Assembly (NCBI GenBank): GCA_048939465.1
Contig: JBHLPL010000070.1
Span: 1 to 10,282, forward strand
Length of the DNA: 10,282 nucleotides
Origin: Promethearchaeota archaeon
Lineage (GTDB): Archaea > Asgardarchaeota > Odinarchaeia > Odinarchaeales > JBHLKK01
Direction: 5' to 3'
In this document: piece after piece, positions 5,813 through 10,282 of the stretch
Numbering within the stretch: the stretch's first letter is position 1
How the letters are laid out: each line of letters begins with the position of its first letter
Translations under genes and position numbers: made by a program
Notes under the pieces: model-generated
Seen by the model: the letters and a program-made list of their open reading frames with translations, nothing else
The model's database searches: none
What the model was told of the DNA's origin: nothing

Positions 5813-8737
5813 TCATTCTATGTGTCGGCCACACCTTATACAGAAGTTTGCACCAAGAGGATTAACATGGCCACAGTAAGCACAGACTGGCTCGGATTCT
5901 CTGGGTTCCCTTTTCGGTACTGTTTCTTCATACGTAATTTCTTCCTGAGCAGCCTTTTCGCTATATGCAGGCGCACCTGTAGGTCCAAACATAGGCTCAG
6001 TTGTCGGCCTTCTGGCGAATGAGGCCCTAGCAGTTGTAGCAAGTAGTATAACAATTACCACGACCACTGCAATAAGTCCAAATATCAGAAGGTCGTTCCC
6101 ATCAACCGGAAGGCCTGGCTGTAGTTCACCGAAAACAACAAACGTTGTCAGATGGTATAACGTAGCTCTTAGAATATTACCGACTGTATCCACAGCCGTG
6201 GATATTTCTTCCCATTCCTGATGCGCGTCATTCCAAAAATAGAAAGCCAGACTTGATTCAACGAATCCTAAAGAGGCAAGCTGTTGATCAGAATAATGGT
6301 ATTCTATTGTCATTTCAAATCCATATGTCATATTGGCAGTTATGCTAAAAGCAGAACCCAGATGATGTAATTGAGGAGGATCGGGAGCGGGCATTGCCAC
6401 ACCTGTAATGTTCACCTGCATCATTTGGGTGGAGTTAAAAATCAAGAAAACATTGAGGGTTCCCGTGGCATCCACTGTGAAATGGAACCAAGTATCCGGA
6501 GAGGGAGTTTCTTCTCCGAGACAGCGAAGATAGCCATCCTGAGAGCCGATATAGACTCTTCCGTAAGCAACAGCGGGAGAGGATATTATCCAACTATCCG
6601 TTGTGTAATTCCACACGGGGGCTCCATCGGAAGCATTCAAACAATAAATGTAATTGCTGGCACCTATGTAGAGCTTTCCATCAGCTATTGCGGGAGAGAC
6701 CTGAGTACCACCAGTTGCCAGGTATCTCCACACCAAACCACCATCAGAGCTGTTTAAGCAGTAGACATAACTATCTACGGATCCTACGTAGATTTTACCG
6801 TCAGAAACAGCAGGAGATGAATATACAGGAAAACCCGTCTGATATCTCCATATGAGGCTGCCACTAGAAGCATTCAGACAATAGACATAATAATCGTCTG
6901 AGCCCACATAGAGTCTACCTTCAACGACAGCGGGTGAAGATTCTACAAAGCCTCCTGTCGTATAGTTCCATATTTGAGCGCCGTTACTAGCATTCAAACA
7001 GTATACATATCCATCTCGATCTCCTATGTAGACTCTTCCACCAACAACAGCAGGTGAAGACCAGACCTCATTATTCGTCGTATAGTTCCAGATTTGACTA
7101 CCGCTGCTTGCATTCAAGCAGTAGACGTGATGGTCAAATGAACCTATGTAAACACTTCCATTGGCCACAGTAGGTGAAGACCAGATGGAATTATTTGTCT
7201 GATATCTCCAAATTAGACTACCATTAGAGGCATTCAGACAATAGATGTAATAATCCTTGCAACCCACATAGAGTCTTCCGTCAGCAATTGCAGGAGAAGA
7301 AGGCACTGCATCACCTGTTACATACTCCCATATCAAGGATCCAGTAAAAGCATTCAGACAGTAAACATAGGCATCGTCTGTACCTACATATACTGCCCCA
7401 TTAACAAGAACAGGAGAAGATTCTACATAAACACCTCCCATAAATCTCCAGATCAAAGATCCTTCTTCTGGTCCTACGGTATCCGCATACCCTGTGTGAG
7501 CCGGGTCATGTCTGAACATGGGCCAATCCTCAGATTCTCCAATGCAATAAATGTTGCCATCGCTTGAACCTATGTAGACCCTCCCAGCAACCACAGCAGG
7601 AGAAGAAATAATATAGGTTTCTCCTGTTGAATAGTTCCAGATCTTCATTCCAGTAGAAGTGTCTAAACAATAGATGTTGCCCTCATATAAACCTATATAG
7701 ACTCTGTTACCAGCAACAGCAGGAGAAGAAAGCATATTGGAATCTATTGTGAAATTCCAGAGTTTAGTGCCGGTGTAGGCATCCAAACAATAGAGATTAT
7801 AATCAGATGAACCTATATAGACTCTGTTACCAGCAACAGCAGGAGAAGAAAATATCATACCCCCGGTTGTGTAATTCCAAACTAATGAGCCAGTAGAAGT
7901 GTCCAAGCAATAGACATTATCATCAGTTGAGCCTATGTAGACCCTGTTACCAACAACGGCAGGAGAAGAATGGACACCATGGATACCATAGGGAGATGCC
8001 GTATAATTCCAAATCTTTGCTCCCGTGTTAGCGTCCAAGCAATAGATGTTGCCATCGCTTGAACCTATGTAGACTCTGTTACCAGAAACAGCAGGAGATG
8101 AATATACAGAAGCAGCAGTTGTATAATTCCAAATCTGGACACCCGTAGAAGCATTTAAGCAATAGACATTTGTGTCATTCGAGCCTATGTAGACTCTTCC
8201 ATTGACAACAGCAGGAGAACATAGCGTTCCATTGCCAGTTGTGTAGTTCCAGAGTTTTGCCCCAGTGATAGCGTCCAAACAGTACATAAGGGTTTCATAT
8301 GAGGCTATGTAGACTTTGCCATCGACGACAGCGGGAGAGGATTCTACATAATGAGTACTTGTGTAGTTCCATAGAACAGCACCCGAAAACGCATTCAAGC
8401 AATAGACGCTATTATCCCAAGAGCCTATGTAGACTCTGCCATCGACAACAGCAGGCGAGGAAAACACAATAGAACCTGTCGTGTAGTTCCAAAGTTTTGA
8501 TCCTTTTATGGGTCCGTAGGTGTTGGAATACCCGGTTCGGGCTAGATCGTGGCGAAACATAGGCCAGTCACTTCCTAGCCCATTGCTCAAAGGTTCGGGG
8601 TTCAACTGCTTCCAGGTAGACGTCCCTTCATCAAGCCATGGATTCAAATCAGGTAAGGCGATCACAATAGATTGCAGGAACGCGAAAGGCAATAAAATGA
8701 CCAAAGTCAGACCAAAAACTAACCTTCGCCTCCCCAT
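5813..8737 (-). CDS. Membrane-anchored cell-surface protein: signal peptide, two 8-bladed PQQ/BamB-like beta-propellers, beta-rich stalk domain, TM helix, cytoplasmic zinc ribbon; 974 aa
   Basis: Signal peptide MGRRRLVFGLTLVILLPFAF. Two 'DWPMFRHD' propeller openers, each followed by 8 repeats of SSPAV..G.VY.GS.D..(V/I)YCL.A.(S/T)G...W.Y. TM LLIFGLIAVVVVIVILLA followed by basic RASFARR. C-terminal CAYC-x10-CIRC. SD GGGGGAG lies 4 nt upstream. Confidence 0.92.
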   Translation of the reverse strand: MGRRRLVFGLTLVILLPFAFLQSIVIALPDLNPWLDEGTSTWKQLNPEPLSNGLGSDWPMFRHDLARTGYSNTYGPIKGSKLWNYTTGSIVFSSPAVVDGRVYIGSWDNSVYCLNAFSGAVLWNYTSTHYVESSPAVVDGKVYIASYETLMYCLDAITGAKLWNYTTGNGTLCSPAVVNGRVYIGSNDTNVYCLNASTGVQIWNYTTAASVYSSPAVSGNRVYIGSSDGNIYCLDANTGAKIWNYTASPYGIHGVHSSPAVVGNRVYIGSTDDNVYCLDTSTGSLVWNYTTGGMIFSSPAVAGNRVYIGSSDYNLYCLDAYTGTKLWNFTIDSNMLSSPAVAGNRVYIGLYEGNIYCLDTSTGMKIWNYSTGETYIISSPAVVAGRVYIGSSDGNIYCIGESEDWPMFRHDPAHTGYADTVGPEEGSLIWRFMGGVYVESSPVLVNGAVYVGTDDAYVYCLNAFTGSLIWEYVTGDAVPSSPAIADGRLYVGCKDYYIYCLNASNGSLIWRYQTNNSIWSSPTVANGSVYIGSFDHHVYCLNASSGSQIWNYTTNNEVWSSPAVVGGRVYIGDRDGYVYCLNASNGAQIWNYTTGGFVESSPAVVEGRLYVGSDDYYVYCLNASSGSLIWRYQTGFPVYSSPAVSDGKIYVGSVDSYVYCLNSSDGGLVWRYLATGGTQVSPAIADGKLYIGASNYIYCLNASDGAPVWNYTTDSWIISSPAVAYGRVYIGSQDGYLRCLGEETPSPDTWFHFTVDATGTLNVFLIFNSTQMMQVNITGVAMPAPDPPQLHHLGSAFSITANMTYGFEMTIEYHYSDQQLASLGFVESSLAFYFWNDAHQEWEEISTAVDTVGNILRATLYHLTTFVVFGELQPGLPVDGNDLLIFGLIAVVVVIVILLATTARASFARRPTTEPMFGPTGAPAYSEKAAQEEITYEETVPKREPRESEPVCAYCGHVNPLGANFCIRCGRHIE
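6518..8570 (-). repeat. Intragenic ~120-bp (40-codon) tandem repeats encoding 16 propeller blades
   Basis: Recurrent 'gcaggagaaga', 'cctatgtagac', 'aatagac' and 'gttcca' motifs at ~120-nt spacing. Exact matches include 7690-7731 = 7810-7851 (42 nt) and 7551-7579 = 8046-8074 (29 nt). Confidence 0.9.
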
Positions 8738-8822
8738 ACGTCTCCCCCAATATTAGTAGGGAAATAGGGATAAATAAGGTTAACCTGTTTTCGTCCTGTT
8801 TTGTCGGTGTCTTATTGATTTC

Positions 8823-8978
8823 TTATCCCAAGGGATGATAGATGTAGAATCTATCGCTGTTTGTCGGGTCGTGGTGAAACATGGACCAGTCACTTGACTG
8901 AGCAGGTTGAGCAAGCACTGGATCCCTAGAGTAAAACAAAGGCAAGAGGATCATGATGAAGAGTATTGCCAGAAATAA
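8823..8978 (-). pseudogene. Decayed, internally deleted 5' fragment of a paralogous PQQ-like propeller gene
   Basis: The minus strand reads LFLAILFIMILLPLFYSRDPVLAQPAQSSDWSMFHHDPTNSDRFYIYHPLG*, a signal peptide plus the DWxMFxHD opener. DNA gtcgtggtgaaacatggaccagtcactt (near 8868-8895) matches atcgtggcgaaacataggccagtcactt in the intact gene. The following 'RFYI...TTGGGATAA' matches first-blade 'RVYIGSWD'. There is an in-frame TAG at 8981-8979. Confidence 0.75.
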
Positions 8979-9007
8979 CTAGTGCTATATAAAGTAAGAG
9001 GAGAGTT

Positions 9008-9343
9008 TTATTTATTTTGCAACATGCTTAGGATTTGCTCTCTGGTAGGCACTCCTTCGATTTTCTGTTCGCCAACAGTGATCGTTGGGGTGTTCCTTAC
9101 TCCTCTCCTCCTCGCCCTAAGTCTTCCTCCAAAGCTTGAGACATTGTAGATTTTAACACGTAGGCCGTTCTCCTTTGCCAACTTTTGCACGATCTCAAGC
9201 GTCCTCTTATCATCTTCAGGTATAATCTTCTCCTTTTTGACGCCTTCTCTGAATGTACACGCATGTTCTCTAACCGTCCTGCCAACATAGATCTTGCCGG
9301 TTGCAACTTCTTTCTCCTTAACAAAAACCTCAATCTTCGTCAG
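9008..9343 (-). CDS. Thioredoxin/glutaredoxin-fold protein lacking CxxC, 111 aa, probable CTG start
   Basis: The frame of the 60-aa ORF is open upstream to TAG 9355-9353: (M)TKIEVFVKEKEVATGKIYVGRTVREHACTFREGVKKEKIIPEDDKRTLEIVQKLAKENGLRVKIYNVSSFGGRLRARRRGVRNTPTITVGEQKIEGVPTREQILSMLQNK. SD AGGGGGGA directly precedes CTG 9343. The C-terminal half 'GV..TPTI.VG...IEG.PT.EQI' is the cis-Pro half of a Trx fold. Confidence 0.75.
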   Translation of the reverse strand: MTKIEVFVKEKEVATGKIYVGRTVREHACTFREGVKKEKIIPEDDKRTLEIVQKLAKENGLRVKIYNVSSFGGRLRARRRGVRNTPTITVGEQKIEGVPTREQILSMLQNK

Positions 9344-9416
9344 CCTTCCCCCCTATCTGACGGCTTTGAAAAAACATTCACCCATGTCTATTACTCGTGT
9401 TTATTGTGTCATCGAA

Positions 9417-9431
9417 GACTTAAATCTCTTA
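9417..9431 (-). promoter_or_regulatory. TATA-box candidate for the thioredoxin-fold gene
   Basis: The minus strand reads ATAAGAGATTTAAGTC, with the same AGATTTA core as the padR and cas4 promoters. Confidence 0.45.
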
Positions 9432-9625
9432 TTATCTGCTTAGAGCGAGAGTCATTCATTTTGATGTATATTAGTAGTTGCTGACGAGAATCGCCACAAA
9501 AACGGCTCTTTTTGTAGCAAGTGGAACATGAGACTCCTTCATTGATACCGTCGAGTCGCAGTCGATTGTAGCATAATCTTAAATTCGGATATGGATCACT
9601 ATAAGATAGAGGGGGAGCGCATACA

Positions 9626-10018
9626 ATGGTCACATCGATATTTATCAGCTCGAATATTGGTCAGGATTCGGTCAAGAAACCGATCTTTCTTCCTGTTGAA
9701 GAAGAAACGATTCCCTTAATGATAGCAGAGCTGAAGAATACGAGATATCATAAAGGGCATTATTCATTAGCAAAAAGTAAAAAAGGCACACTGGTATTGA
9801 CCGATAAATACTTATTCTTCGAGTACGGTTTTCTAAGAAAGCATCGCTTTTTTGTGGGAATTTGGGACATAACACGAATGACGTATTCTCAAGGATTCAT
9901 CAAATTCGACTACATAGACAGATTTGGTGAATCACAAACACTAGTATTTTCTCACAAGACTCCAGATAAATTCATTGAGGGGGCAAAGGCATTTTTTGCC
10001 AGAGAGAAGACTGTCTAG
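9626..10018 (+). CDS. Hypothetical protein with a PH-like (GRAM/bPH) domain, 130 aa
   Basis: SD GGGGGAG lies 8 nt before the ATG. 'KGTLVLTDKYLFFE...F.V.IWDIT.M......IKF.Y.......LVF......DKFIE..K' follows the G-x-L-x-L-T-x-x-x-L-x-F strand pattern and terminal helix of PH-like folds. Confidence 0.6.
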   Translation: MVTSIFISSNIGQDSVKKPIFLPVEEETIPLMIAELKNTRYHKGHYSLAKSKKGTLVLTDKYLFFEYGFLRKHRFFVGIWDITRMTYSQGFIKFDYIDRFGESQTLVFSHKTPDKFIEGAKAFFAREKTV

Positions 10019-10065
10019 CATGTTCGCAATCTGATACTATAGGAATCAATTCTAGCTCTGTGAAG

Positions 10066-10281
10066 CTATTTTCCAGACAACCGTTGCTGTTTTTGAACTT
10101 CATCATATAGGAATCTAATGAGTTCTTCTCCCTCAGTACGCCCAAAATCTTTGACCATCTCTTTAGACATCGGCTTGATTTTTTCCACGAACCTAATGAC
10201 GAGAATTGCCATCGATTCAGGCATCAAATCAATTTCAATAATGCCTTTCCTTAACAGTCTAGCCATCCCCTCATAAAACCC
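10066..10281 (-). CDS. 3' portion of a DUF4760-like protein (5'-truncated by the window edge)
   Basis: The frame is open to the edge: GFYEGMARLLRKGIIEIDLMP...IRFVEKIKP...IRFLYDEVQK. This resembles the recalled DUF4760 pattern 'F(F/Y)EG.G.L.K.G.I......I..WEK..P....FEYLY.E..K'. ATG 10266 is probably internal. Confidence 0.55.
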   Translation of the reverse strand, partial: GFYEGMARLLRKGIIEIDLMPESMAILVIRFVEKIKPMSKEMVKDFGRTEGEELIRFLYDEVQKQQRLSGK

Positions 10282-10282
10282 T

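Noticed and set aside
6518-8570. Regularly spaced DNA repeats as a CRISPR array associated with cas4
   Set aside because: The repeats are degenerate, in frame, ~120 nt in period and fully explained by protein blade repeats. There is no repeat-spacer structure anywhere in the window.
5679-8756. ORFs 5679-5879, 5804-6022, 5836-6054, 6371-6757, 6601-6855 and 8520-8756
   Set aside because: Antisense or alternate-frame shadows of the 974-aa propeller gene or the convergent gap, with no coding features.
8953-8959. ATGATGA as box C of a C/D sRNA
   Set aside because: No box D (CTGA) at a suitable distance downstream, and the sequence is explained by the antisense relic's coding strand.
8823-8981. 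Propeller relic as the template repeat of a diversity-generating retroelement
   Set aside because: Differences from the intact gene are not confined to adenines (TCC/CCT, GAC/GAT, CCG/CTA), identity is low, and no reverse transcriptase is present in the window.
9097-9333. 78-aa ORF MRFLLRRKK... (-)
   Set aside because: Out-of-frame shadow of the CTG-started Trx-fold gene, whose frame has the SD and the recognisable fold.
9185-9875. ORFs 9185-9484 (+), 9409-9633 (-) and 9672-9875 (-)
   Set aside because: They overlap better-supported genes or the divergent promoter region, and have no motifs.
1-10282. Genome-wide TAG (or TGA) recoding suggested by amber codons in the relics and the uORF
   Set aside because: TAG ends genes at plausible C-termini (476, 5710, 10018, 10066) and TGA ends the ATPase and the propeller gene. 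The DUF2341 relic needs a frameshift, not readthrough. No Sec-type in-frame TGA was seen.

Overview
Archaeal chromosomal window. TATA-box promoters, G-rich Shine-Dalgarno (SD) sites, leaderless genes and the protein families suggest a Bathyarchaeia- or Asgard-type organism; this is inference. No rRNA, tRNA, CRISPR array or transposase was seen. Order: Cys-rich V4R/DUF6144-like gene (+); PadR -> MacB/FtsX-type permease -> LolD-type ATPase operon (-) with a double palindromic operator; solo Cas4-like nuclease (-); frameshifted relic of a secreted DUF2341-type gene (-); Fpg/Nei glycosylase (-); small hypothetical (+); 974-aa membrane-anchored double 8-bladed PQQ-like propeller with a cytoplasmic zinc ribbon (-); a decayed 5' copy of a paralogous propeller gene (-); thioredoxin-fold protein without CxxC (-); PH/GRAM-like protein (+); 3' part of a DUF4760-like gene (-). 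The ORF track misses several things. Three genes appear to start at non-AUG codons behind SD sites (ATA for fpg, CTG for the thioredoxin-fold gene and for the DUF2341 relic), while the two apparently leaderless genes use ATG. Two 'intergenic' spacers are decayed N-termini of secreted surface-protein genes. Family names come from motif recognition and recall, not database searches.
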